DNA from: Promethearchaeia archaeon
GTDB lineage: Archaea; Asgardarchaeota; Lokiarchaeia; Sigyniarchaeales; SOKP01
NCBI GenBank assembly: GCA_029856045.1
Contig: JAHQWG010000037.1
Location: forward strand, 1 to 24,450
Length of the DNA: 24,450 nt
Direction: 5' to 3'
Under the pieces are notes generated by a model. That model searched no databases. It was not told the origin of the DNA and was given only the letters and a program-made list of their open reading frames with translations. The translations under genes and the position numbers were made by a program. Numbering within the stretch: the stretch's first letter is position 1; each line of letters starts with the position of its first letter. This document shows positions 1-8,536 of the stretch, piece by piece.

Positions 1-625
1 CACATTAACGGTTCCACCACATATTACAGCTTCTGCTGGCTTTGATACTTTTTGCCATTCATTTGAAAGTTATTTAAACATAAATGCATCATATTATATC
101 GATCTTATTGCGTTGGAATCAATAAAACTAGTAATCAAGCATCTTCCAATTGCTGTTGATGATGGGTCAAATAGGAAAGCAAGAGAAGCGCTTTCTCTAG
201 GTAGTACCCTTGGAGGTCTTTGTATTGCAAATGCAGGAACAACATTACCTCATGGAATAGGTATGGCTATTGGAGGGCATACAACAAATATAATGCATGG
301 AGAATCTCTTGCAATTATGTATCCTGAAATAAACCGATGGACTTGGAAGCATGCAATATCTAAATATGCAACGGTAGGAAGACTATTTAATCCTAAATTG
401 GAAGATGAATCTGATGAAGTTGCAGCGGAAGAAGCATGTAATGAAATGGATATATTTCTTAAAAAAATCGGTATGTGGATGGATTTTAAGGATAAAAAGG
501 TGTCTAAAAATATATTAAAAGCAATCGGTGATGATACAATTAAACTTCGGAACTACACACTTCATCCTAAAGTCGCTACTCTTGAAGAAATAAACAATTT
601 ACTTAAAAGAAGCTACAAGAGGTAG
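1..625 (+). CDS. Iron-containing alcohol dehydrogenase family protein (5'-truncated by window)
   Basis: The frame is open from base 2 (TLTVPPHITASAGFDTFCHSFESYL...). It contains the Fe-ADH G-x-D-x2-H-x2-E-S-Y motif and downstream metal ligands in LPHGIG and HGESLA. The ORF-track start at 113 is internal. Confidence 0.9.
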   Translation, partial: TLTVPPHITASAGFDTFCHSFESYLNINASYYIDLIALESIKLVIKHLPIAVDDGSNRKAREALSLGSTLGGLCIANAGTTLPHGIGMAIGGHTTNIMHGESLAIMYPEINRWTWKHAISKYATVGRLFNPKLEDESDEVAAEEACNEMDIFLKKIGMWMDFKDKKVSKNILKAIGDDTIKLRNYTLHPKVATLEEINNLLKRSYKR

Positions 626-638
626 GAATTTAATATTT

Positions 639-1109
639 TCAATCTATAAATGAAGCTTTTTTATTATTTTCCTTTACTTTTTTTGAATCTTTATAATAGA
701 GAGATAATGTATTCTCGATGGGATAACCTAGAATTTATCCTGTCTCCCATAGTTTTGCACCTAACTCTGTATCCCACGAATCTATATATTCATTTAATTT
801 TTTATCTTTTTTTAAATCAATATCTTTAACGATATCGTCAAAATCAACATAATCTTTTTTAAGTGATTCAAGATCAAACAAATCGTTTAAACTCCCCTTT
901 TGTTCAAGAATAACTTGGTAACCTTTTTCACTTTTTTGATATTGGCAAAATAATCCTTTTAATTTCGCAACTTTACAATATTGTTTTGCTTCTTCAATTG
1001 TATTTTGACATAAAACTCCAAAGGGTTTTTTGCGTTTTATAGTTCTCTGAAATTTATGTTTTTTTAACTCTTTCAATGAAGTCCTCGCGAACGGGGTAGA
1101 AAATATCAA
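639..1109 (-). pseudogene. Hypothetical gene with premature in-frame TAA (735-737), probably 5'-truncated
   Basis: Reading through the TAA gives ...KLWETG*ILGYPIENTLSLYY... for 31 more codons to TGA at 639-641. G-L-I-L-G-Y-P looks like an interrupted conserved motif (TTA->TAA). The 5' end overlaps the cupin gene in another frame. Confidence 0.55.
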
Positions 1110-1425
1110 GCATTATAAAGGGTTCATTACCAATGCAGGTATCGCTATGTGGAGTGTTTGGTGGTATACAATAGAAATCACCCTTTTGAACAACTCGTTC
1201 CTCGTCGCCAATACGTAGTTTCGCTTTACCAGAATATACCATGCCTATTTGCTCGTGTGGATGTGAATGAACAGGTACGGTGCTACCTACCTTTGTGGTA
1301 TTGAGTACCATCATCATCTTTTCACCGTGAAGACCAGTTAGAATAATAGTTTCAAGTTGAGGCATTTGTTTCAACTTAGGAGCATCTTTTGGATTTATAA
1401 AGTAAGAAATTTTACTTTTTTTCAT
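1054..1425 (-). CDS. Cupin domain protein (Cupin_2 type)
   Basis: Cupin motif 1 PVHSHPHEQIGMVYSG and motif 2 GDFYCIPPNTPH; C-terminal LDIFYPVREDF. Confidence 0.92.
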   Translation of the reverse strand: MKKSKISYFINPKDAPKLKQMPQLETIILTGLHGEKMMMVLNTTKVGSTVPVHSHPHEQIGMVYSGKAKLRIGDEERVVQKGDFYCIPPNTPHSDTCIGNEPFIMLDIFYPVREDFIERVKKT

Positions 1426-1597
1426 TTATTTAATCCTTTATTTTAAATTAATTAAATATTTATTGGTAAAACGGAGGAAAAAAATGAAACTATGTTTAAA
1501 ATTAAGAAGAAAGTAGGCCAAATTAATAAATACAATTAAATAATCTTAAGGCAAAAATCATTATTAATTGTATTTAAATAAAAAAGAAGAATTGAAG

Positions 1598-2995
1598 ATG
1601 GCTGAAAAACAAAAAATAAGATCATCTGAAGGCTTATCATCAAGAAAAGTTTTTGGGTATTTAATGGGGATACCACCATTAACTTTATTGATTGGGATTT
1701 TCGAATTATCCTATATAAATTTCTTTTACGATTATTTAAAGCTTAATGGAACCCTTTTCGTTATAGGATTAGTCATTTATGCATTTATTAATTCATTAAA
1801 TGACCCCTTGATTGGCCATTGGAGTGACAATGCAAACGTAGAGAAATGGGGAAGTAGAAGAATTATCTTTATTAAGTACTTCAGTCCTATTTTGGTAATT
1901 GCTTTTGCTTTCATGTGGTTTCCATGGAGCTATACTGATCAAATTATAATTTTTATTCACTTTATAATTAGCATTTGTACATTTGACACGTTATTAAACA
2001 TTGTAGTTATGACTTGGATGGCGTTGCTTCCTGATATGACCATGAACCTCGTGGAGCGTACGAAGGTTAACTTTATTGGTGCCATCATTGGACTATTCCT
2101 AGGTTTTTTTGTTTTGGTAATTCCATATATTATGGACAATCTACCGGTGTTTCAATTGGTTAATATCGTTGTTGCAGTTATTAGTTTTATATGTTATGCT
2201 CTTGTTATTAAATTTTCTAAAGAGAGACCCGAATTTCAAAGAGATAAAAGTCCACCGCTTTTGGGAGCCCTCAAACAGACAGTAAAATCAAGGTCATTCA
2301 TGATGTATATTGGATGGAATTTTATGAGAGGAATTAATGGTTCTATTGGGTTGGGTTATTTATTTGTTTATATACTGATACTCGGGGGGCAAAACATTGT
2401 TTGGTATTTTATAATAATTATAGTTATCGGCTACGGGTCTAACATTTTTTGCATGAAAATAAAGGATAAATATGGGATAAAAAAGCTCATGATAAGTTTT
2501 GGAATATTGAGAATCATCGGTGGATTTGTGACTTTCATTTTTATCCTTAATCCTGCGCTGGAAGGATTCATTTGGCTCGGATTAATTTGGACAACCTTCT
2601 TTGGAGGAACTGGAATATTCTTCACAATACTACAAACGGTACCTATTGATGAGGATGAAGTTAGATACGGTTCCCGGCGGGAGGGTATGTTTTATGGGAT
2701 TAATGCACTCTTTACAAAACCTGCTGCCAGCCTTGGTCCAATAATAGCCACTTTCATTTTGACCGCAACTTTTTATGTTACAGGCGGTTCGAGAGATGCC
2801 CAACCGGAATCTGCCATAATAGGGATTAAATGCCTTTTCTTTCTCGTTCCTCAAATATTTTCAATATTGGCACTTGTTTTTATTTATTTTTACCCAGTGG
2901 ATCGAGAAATATTAAAACAACTTGAAATAAATCTCGAAACGCTGCACCAGCAGAAAAGAGAACGCTTAGCAAATGAAAAGTTTAAAAAAATATAG
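1598..2995 (+). CDS. MFS transporter, GPH/MelB (glycoside-pentoside-hexuronide) family
   Basis: About 12 hydrophobic segments; motifs NDPLIGHWSD...WGSRR and DEDEVRYGSRREGMFYG. ATG at 1598 is preferred over TTG 1568. Confidence 0.88.
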   Translation: MAEKQKIRSSEGLSSRKVFGYLMGIPPLTLLIGIFELSYINFFYDYLKLNGTLFVIGLVIYAFINSLNDPLIGHWSDNANVEKWGSRRIIFIKYFSPILVIAFAFMWFPWSYTDQIIIFIHFIISICTFDTLLNIVVMTWMALLPDMTMNLVERTKVNFIGAIIGLFLGFFVLVIPYIMDNLPVFQLVNIVVAVISFICYALVIKFSKERPEFQRDKSPPLLGALKQTVKSRSFMMYIGWNFMRGINGSIGLGYLFVYILILGGQNIVWYFIIIIVIGYGSNIFCMKIKDKYGIKKLMISFGILRIIGGFVTFIFILNPALEGFIWLGLIWTTFFGGTGIFFTILQTVPIDEDEVRYGSRREGMFYGINALFTKPAASLGPIIATFILTATFYVTGGSRDAQPESAIIGIKCLFFLVPQIFSILALVFIYFYPVDREILKQLEINLETLHQQKRERLANEKFKKI

Positions 2996-3220
2996 AAGAA
3001 AAAAAATTTCAATTTTGATTAATTCTGATTTGCTTTATTTTAAGAAATTGTGAAGCGATATTTTTACATTTATGTAAGCGTTTACTTGTTTGTTGCAGTA
3101 AATCAAAATGGTAACTACAAAATACACCTTTAAATAATAATAACTGCTTTTGTAAACAGATAAAAAGTCTTATTTGGTATAAGATAATTTTTAAATATTT
3201 GATTTGAACCAAACAAAAAA

Positions 3221-3712
3221 TTGGGAGATTTAATTAATTTGAACCAACAAGATGCATTAAAGTTTTTTCATGCATATATTAGTGAAATGATAAATCTTGG
3301 TGGAGAGAACCTACCTAGGAGTATATCAACACGATTGGGAAGTAAATTGGCAAAAATTTATAAAGAGCGAGAAATAGAGTCTTTAGAGCAGGCTTTAACA
3401 TATTTATATGAAGTATTAGGAGCAGAAGTGAAAATAGAAAAAGTAAGTAAGAAAAAGTTTAATATAAGAATAAAACATCCTTATCAGTTTTGTCCAATTG
3501 GAGGCTCTTATAATCCTTCAAAAAGGGAAAAATTTTTGGAAATTATCTGTATTCCTTATACAATTGGATTTCTTAAAGAATTTAACCCCATTAATGGATA
3601 TCACATAGATTCAAAGAATTGTATCCTTCGGGATGGCGGTCACCTATGTGAATATGATTTAATTTTAAATCTAAAGGACCAACTGGGAGAAATACACAAG
3701 GCTATATTTTAA
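3221..3712 (+). CDS. Small V4R / methanogen-output-domain-like protein with four Cys
   Basis: Helical N-half with R-L-G-x-K-L-A, then FCPIGG, ICIPY..G, NCIL and LCEY, which matches the layout of the V4R/H-NOX-like fold. TTG start. Confidence 0.55.
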   Translation: MGDLINLNQQDALKFFHAYISEMINLGGENLPRSISTRLGSKLAKIYKEREIESLEQALTYLYEVLGAEVKIEKVSKKKFNIRIKHPYQFCPIGGSYNPSKREKFLEIICIPYTIGFLKEFNPINGYHIDSKNCILRDGGHLCEYDLILNLKDQLGEIHKAIF

Positions 3713-3768
3713 AAAGATTGAGAGAATTTTATTTAAAATAAAAAAGGAATAAAAAAAATTAATTTTTA

Positions 3769-5457
3769 TTAAAATATATTAAATGCCAACCAGAAAAGGA
3801 GTAATCCGATTCCGAAATAGATAATAGAGCTGAGATATGTTACGTGTTTTGAGTAATTTTTAAATTTCCTTCCACTTTCAGTTAGGATGTAATTCACTTG
3901 CACGTATGGCGTAGGAGCGCGTCTATACCAGCCATAAACTTGAACGTTTTGACCGATTAATTCATCAACTCGCATGATTGCCCAGAAGAAATCGACAATC
4001 CTCAGTCCAAATCTGTAATCCACAGTAATTAAGCCTGTCTCGTCTTGAACCACAAGGTCTTCTGAATACCACAATCCTGGAATCCCTCTTCCGATTATCT
4101 TTCCCTGAAGAACTGTAGCAACTGGACGTATCGGACTTACTTTCACGTTAGTAACTAATTCTGCAATTGTATAAGGCTGGAAACTTCCTCTGTATTTATA
4201 AAGAGTTCTAACGATAACGGCTAATCCCATAAGATAGAAACCGATTGCCCAAAAGAAAAGTATATTTATTCCGAGTAAAAATGTAGAATAATTGAAGATT
4301 AAGTTAATAATCCATAAAATTGTGAATCCAACACAAGAGATAAATACTAAGGAAGGAAGCCATAACCAGAATAAGTCAGCTAAGAATTGATCCCATAAAG
4401 ATTTTCCAGCTTGTTCTTCCGCTCTTTCCTTAGTTTTTGAGAGATCAATTTCAGGAATAACATTGAATTCAGCACATCGTTTATTTAGTGCTAAAATTCT
4501 TTTTGCAGGAAGGGGGTGTGTGCTAAACACTTGATAATATTTAGCCCAAGGATTATGTAAATCCCAAGCCGCTGCCGCCTCAATGTTCTCCTGGGAGAAT
4601 CCACCAGAGGAGCCTACGCTTGCTAATGCTAATTTTTTTGCATCTTTTTTATTATAAATACCTAGCGATCGTAATGTATGAACTTTCGATTTATACATTT
4701 CAGATGTCTTATCTTGAGCTTCAAGAAGTCCGTAGGCTATCTTGACTAATGCAGTAGATAAATAGTTAGGATTTTCCATCATTTCGGCACTATTTTCGTC
4801 AGCGTAGTATTCTCTGAATCTGGAGATAAGCAATGTTATCAAGTATCCAAAATAATATGCAAAGTAAGAAAGCACACCAATAACTAAAAGCGCTAAACCA
4901 AAATATCCACCCTTCTCACTCCTTCCACGTGTAGTAGAACGTCCAGCAAAAAAACACCATCTCGCTACTACATAAAGCAGAACTGGTATTGCACTTGCTA
5001 ATGTCATAACTATGAAGTCGCTATGTACTACATGACCCATTTCATGAGCAACGACCGATGCTTGTTCTTTTTTATTAAGATGCTTTAGAATTCCAGAGGT
5101 AATTACCACACGGGAATTATTCTTATGATGACCAAAAGTAAAGGCATTAGGGTTTCCATCATTAATTAAGCCCATTCGTGGTGTTCGGATGTGAAACTTT
5201 CTCATATGAGCTTCAACAACCTCGGCAAGATGGGGATATTGACTTTTATATTGGTCAAACGGAATCCAGTCAATCCGGTAAATCCAGCCGATGATATATG
5301 GTGAAATAAGGTATTGAAAGCCGATTATTCCGATGGTTAATATAAGCATGAACCATAAGCCCCAATTAAACCACCAACCAATCACATATATGATTGCAAA
5401 AAGCAGTGCAAATAGGAAAAATAACATGAAGCCGGACCGAATTTTATAGCCCATCAT
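3769..5457 (-). CDS. htpX: Zinc metalloprotease HtpX (M48), long form with C-terminal membrane/beta-rich extension
   Basis: PNAFTFG, HEMGH (HExxH), SRFREYYAD and FSTHP motifs; N-terminal TM helices; about 220 extra C-terminal residues. Confidence 0.9.
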   Translation of the reverse strand: MMGYKIRSGFMLFFLFALLFAIIYVIGWWFNWGLWFMLILTIGIIGFQYLISPYIIGWIYRIDWIPFDQYKSQYPHLAEVVEAHMRKFHIRTPRMGLINDGNPNAFTFGHHKNNSRVVITSGILKHLNKKEQASVVAHEMGHVVHSDFIVMTLASAIPVLLYVVARWCFFAGRSTTRGRSEKGGYFGLALLVIGVLSYFAYYFGYLITLLISRFREYYADENSAEMMENPNYLSTALVKIAYGLLEAQDKTSEMYKSKVHTLRSLGIYNKKDAKKLALASVGSSGGFSQENIEAAAAWDLHNPWAKYYQVFSTHPLPAKRILALNKRCAEFNVIPEIDLSKTKERAEEQAGKSLWDQFLADLFWLWLPSLVFISCVGFTILWIINLIFNYSTFLLGINILFFWAIGFYLMGLAVIVRTLYKYRGSFQPYTIAELVTNVKVSPIRPVATVLQGKIIGRGIPGLWYSEDLVVQDETGLITVDYRFGLRIVDFFWAIMRVDELIGQNVQVYGWYRRAPTPYVQVNYILTESGRKFKNYSKHVTYLSSIIYFGIGLLLFWLAFNIF

Positions 5458-5600
5458 TTATCACATATTTATATTTAGATTTTTTTTTATTTATTTAAAA
5501 TTTGAATTTTATTATAGAATTATGAACCCAGCTACACATATATTTTTTTTGTTTAACCCATGAAAACGGGTAATTTATTATATTTGTATTAGAAAACAAT

Positions 5601-5616
5601 AGAAAAGATTTATATT
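5601..5616 (+). promoter_or_regulatory. Candidate BRE/TATA upstream of the 848-aa gene
   Basis: AGAAAAGA-TTTATATT in the divergent intergenic region. The AT-rich background makes it uncertain. Confidence 0.35.
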
Positions 5617-5794
5617 AAACAAAACTATTATTCATTAAATTTTTTGAGAAAAATCAAGAATTTTTAATTGAAAAAAGATAATATTGCGAAAGTAGAAAGA
5701 AATAATTATAAATTAAATATTATTAATTATGTAAAATTAAATATTATTTAACAATAAACACAAATAAAGTAATCCTATAATAAGTGAGATTTTA

Positions 5795-8341
5795 ATGTCG
5801 CTAAAAGAATTTACAAAGGAAGTATTTACGGAATATGGTTTTACCGAAGATATGATTGGTGTTTATTTAACTTTTCTAAGGCTTCCACGCGCTACTATAA
5901 GTCAAGTTTATATGTATATAAATAAAGATAAAGATATCGCGTTTGAAAGTTTAGAAGCGGATCTTCAGAAAATCACAGAAATTACCTCCGATTTAGTAAG
6001 TAAAGGATTCTTAAAGAAGATTCCCGGTATTGTGGATCGTTATATTCCACTTGAACCATTTTTTGAATTAATTATAAGGCAATCTAAAGTTTTACGAGAT
6101 GAGATATCAAAGACTAAGGATGATGTTCTTGCTGATCAAAGTAATCGCTTTGAAACTTTAGAAGGTATTCAGGATAATACAATAAATGAAGTTACAAACG
6201 CTGTTGAGACTCAAGTTAATGATTTTTTTGTCGATTCTGATAAAAAGGAGACTTATAAGAAGGAAAAAATTGAAGCAGCAAACAAGAGGCTTACAGATAC
6301 ATTAAAGTCTGTTGAAAATGAGTTGCATGGAACAGTTGATAAAGATTATTCTGAGTTAAAGAGTGATATTGATGAATTGGATTATGAGGAAAATTCTGAA
6401 TTAGATAAAATCTCGGAAACCCATAATAAAGCAACGAAAACTCTGGAGTTTAATTTTCACAACATACTCAACACACTAAATGAAACTGTTAAAAATATCT
6501 CTAGTACTTTCGTTGATACTTCTGAGAATGGTACAACAACCGCAAAAAATGATATTAATTCAATCATAAAAGCCTTACTTGATGATTTTTTAAATAGAGT
6601 CTCAAACTTAGAGACCGAATTGAAAAAGGATTTAGATTCTCATGTTGATCATCATAAAGATGAGGCTGCAGATCTTAAACCAAAGATGGAGAAAATTTTA
6701 GAAAAATATATGGATCAAATGAATAAGGTCATTGTTGATTTGAAAGAGAGAATTGATACTTTGTTTAAGGAACATATATCCACATTAAATAAAACATCAA
6801 CACAACTTCAAGAAAGGGTTAAGGATCATGTAGAAAATCGTCATAAGACGCTAGAGAACCAAGTTACACAATTTAGAGATACTACTCTGACATTAATGGA
6901 CAATTTGGTAACCACTAGTGAAAAACTCACTGATCTATCGTCTGAATTAAAAAAGAGAGGTGCTGCTTTTAAAGCGCTTTTCGCTGGGAAACATAAAAAA
7001 TATAAAGCGATTTATAAAGAGATTCAAGTAAAGGTAGAAACAATTTCGGATAAATTAAAGCAAGAATTTTCACAATCAACTGAGTTATATATTGAAGATA
7101 CTTCTAAAACTACGAGAGATTTAAAAAATGATGTAACAACAACTATTTCTCTAGAAAATGAGGAATTTAACAAGCAAACAACGGATTTAAATTCAAGAGC
7201 GCAAAGTACAATTGATACAGATATGGGACCTCTTGCAAATGACCTTGTAGGTGAAGTGGAGTCCACAATAGATGAAGGTGTAAAACATTGTTCAGATACT
7301 TCTTTAAAATTAAAAGATTCCTTAGAAACTTCCCTAAATCAACATCATGATGATTATAATAAGGCGATCACACGGCACAATGATGTTACAATAAAACATT
7401 ATAATGATTCCGATGCTGATGTGAAGAGGTTAAATACGGATTTTGTTAAAGATATGGATATTAAATTTAATGCTGGAGTTTCTGATGTAACAAATGAAGT
7501 TAATATTCAAATAAAGGATATTGATACCCATCGTGATAATTATAGAATAAAACAAAGAGAAATGTTTGATGAGCGTCTTAGCAAAATTCGAGATGATTTC
7601 GACAGATCAAAGCAATCTACAACATCTAAAGTTGATGGAGAGATTAACTTCTTTAATAATGATTGCAGCGAATTAGATAAAAATTTGTATGATATGCTTG
7701 AAGATCATAAAAATAAATATAAAGAGAATGCGACTACTCTACAAAGTAGCCTTTCAAACACGGTTAAGGACACGATTCAAAACGTCAAGGATGCAATTGC
7801 TGATTTTACTCTAACATTTATGAACTCAATAGATGATTGCAATGAAACAGCCGAAAAAAATGAAGAGAAATTGAATGACATCGATCAAGCTTCAGGTGCA
7901 ATCCCAGAAATTAAGAAAGTCAACACTTGGCATACTATTGGCGTGGAAGCGTTAATAGCTGCGATTAAAGATACAATTCATAGAACCAAGAGCTCCATTA
8001 TTATCGTTACTCCAATTGTTATTCCAGAAATATTGCAATTAATCTCACAGGTTGCATTTCAAAAGAAAGCAGCTCGATTTCTATTGACTTCACACTGGAA
8101 TCTTGCTCAATATGGTGATATTATAACTAAAATGAAAACCTTGGGGAATATTCAATTTCGCCAGTTAAAATCCAAGGGAGACTTTTACGCAGTTACTAGG
8201 GATGCAGAAGAAGTACTGCTTGCTCCTGCATCAAAGAAGGATGAGGACATAGTAGCGGTTATTAGCGAAGAGGAAGGTTATGCAATACTCTATAGTCAAT
8301 TTATTGGCCCAATATTTCAAGCGAACTCGCGGCCAATCTAA
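5795..8341 (+). CDS. TrmB-like wHTH + ~610-aa coiled-coil rod + inactive PLD-like (TrmB C-terminal-type) domain
   Basis: N-terminus YGFTEDMIGVYLTFL...LVSKGFLKKIPG...YIPLEP resembles a TrmB wHTH. Residues ~89-700 are helical with only two Pro. C-terminus IHRTKSSIIIVTP...FYAVTRDAEEVLLAP is PLD-fold-like without HxK. Confidence 0.7.
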   Translation: MSLKEFTKEVFTEYGFTEDMIGVYLTFLRLPRATISQVYMYINKDKDIAFESLEADLQKITEITSDLVSKGFLKKIPGIVDRYIPLEPFFELIIRQSKVLRDEISKTKDDVLADQSNRFETLEGIQDNTINEVTNAVETQVNDFFVDSDKKETYKKEKIEAANKRLTDTLKSVENELHGTVDKDYSELKSDIDELDYEENSELDKISETHNKATKTLEFNFHNILNTLNETVKNISSTFVDTSENGTTTAKNDINSIIKALLDDFLNRVSNLETELKKDLDSHVDHHKDEAADLKPKMEKILEKYMDQMNKVIVDLKERIDTLFKEHISTLNKTSTQLQERVKDHVENRHKTLENQVTQFRDTTLTLMDNLVTTSEKLTDLSSELKKRGAAFKALFAGKHKKYKAIYKEIQVKVETISDKLKQEFSQSTELYIEDTSKTTRDLKNDVTTTISLENEEFNKQTTDLNSRAQSTIDTDMGPLANDLVGEVESTIDEGVKHCSDTSLKLKDSLETSLNQHHDDYNKAITRHNDVTIKHYNDSDADVKRLNTDFVKDMDIKFNAGVSDVTNEVNIQIKDIDTHRDNYRIKQREMFDERLSKIRDDFDRSKQSTTSKVDGEINFFNNDCSELDKNLYDMLEDHKNKYKENATTLQSSLSNTVKDTIQNVKDAIADFTLTFMNSIDDCNETAEKNEEKLNDIDQASGAIPEIKKVNTWHTIGVEALIAAIKDTIHRTKSSIIIVTPIVIPEILQLISQVAFQKKAARFLLTSHWNLAQYGDIITKMKTLGNIQFRQLKSKGDFYAVTRDAEEVLLAPASKKDEDIVAVISEEEGYAILYSQFIGPIFQANSRPI

Positions 8342-8536
8342 TCTAAATTTTTATTATTTTTGTTTTTTAATCAAAATAAGTAATTTTTTTACGAATAAGT
8401 GTCTGTAGATTCGATTTTTTTTTATTTGTTATTAATAATCTTTTAATTTACTTTTTGTTTAAGATTAGAAATATATCAAAAAAGAATAAAAAAACAATAA
8501 GAGAACATTGTTTTATTTTAATTTGTTTTTTAACAC

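Noticed and set aside
1957-2854. Three minus-strand ORFs inside the MFS gene
   Set aside because: Antisense shadows of a well-supported membrane protein.
3009-3212. 67-aa minus-strand ORF and Cys-rich plus-strand frame in the MFS/V4R spacer; palindrome TTACAT-TT-ATGTAA at 3064-3077
   Set aside because: No motif, no clear start signal, and the plus frame has an internal stop. The short AT-rich palindrome is expected by chance.
5795-8341. Calling the 848-aa protein SMC/Rad50 or an active phospholipase D
   Set aside because: No Walker A/B or signature motif, no hinge or CxxC hook, and no HxKxxxxD catalytic motif.
8392-8514. Hairpins CGAAT/ATTCG and AAAACAAT/ATTGTTTT between convergent genes as terminators
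   Set aside because: Stems are short or all-AT. Archaeal termination is adequately explained by the T-tracts.
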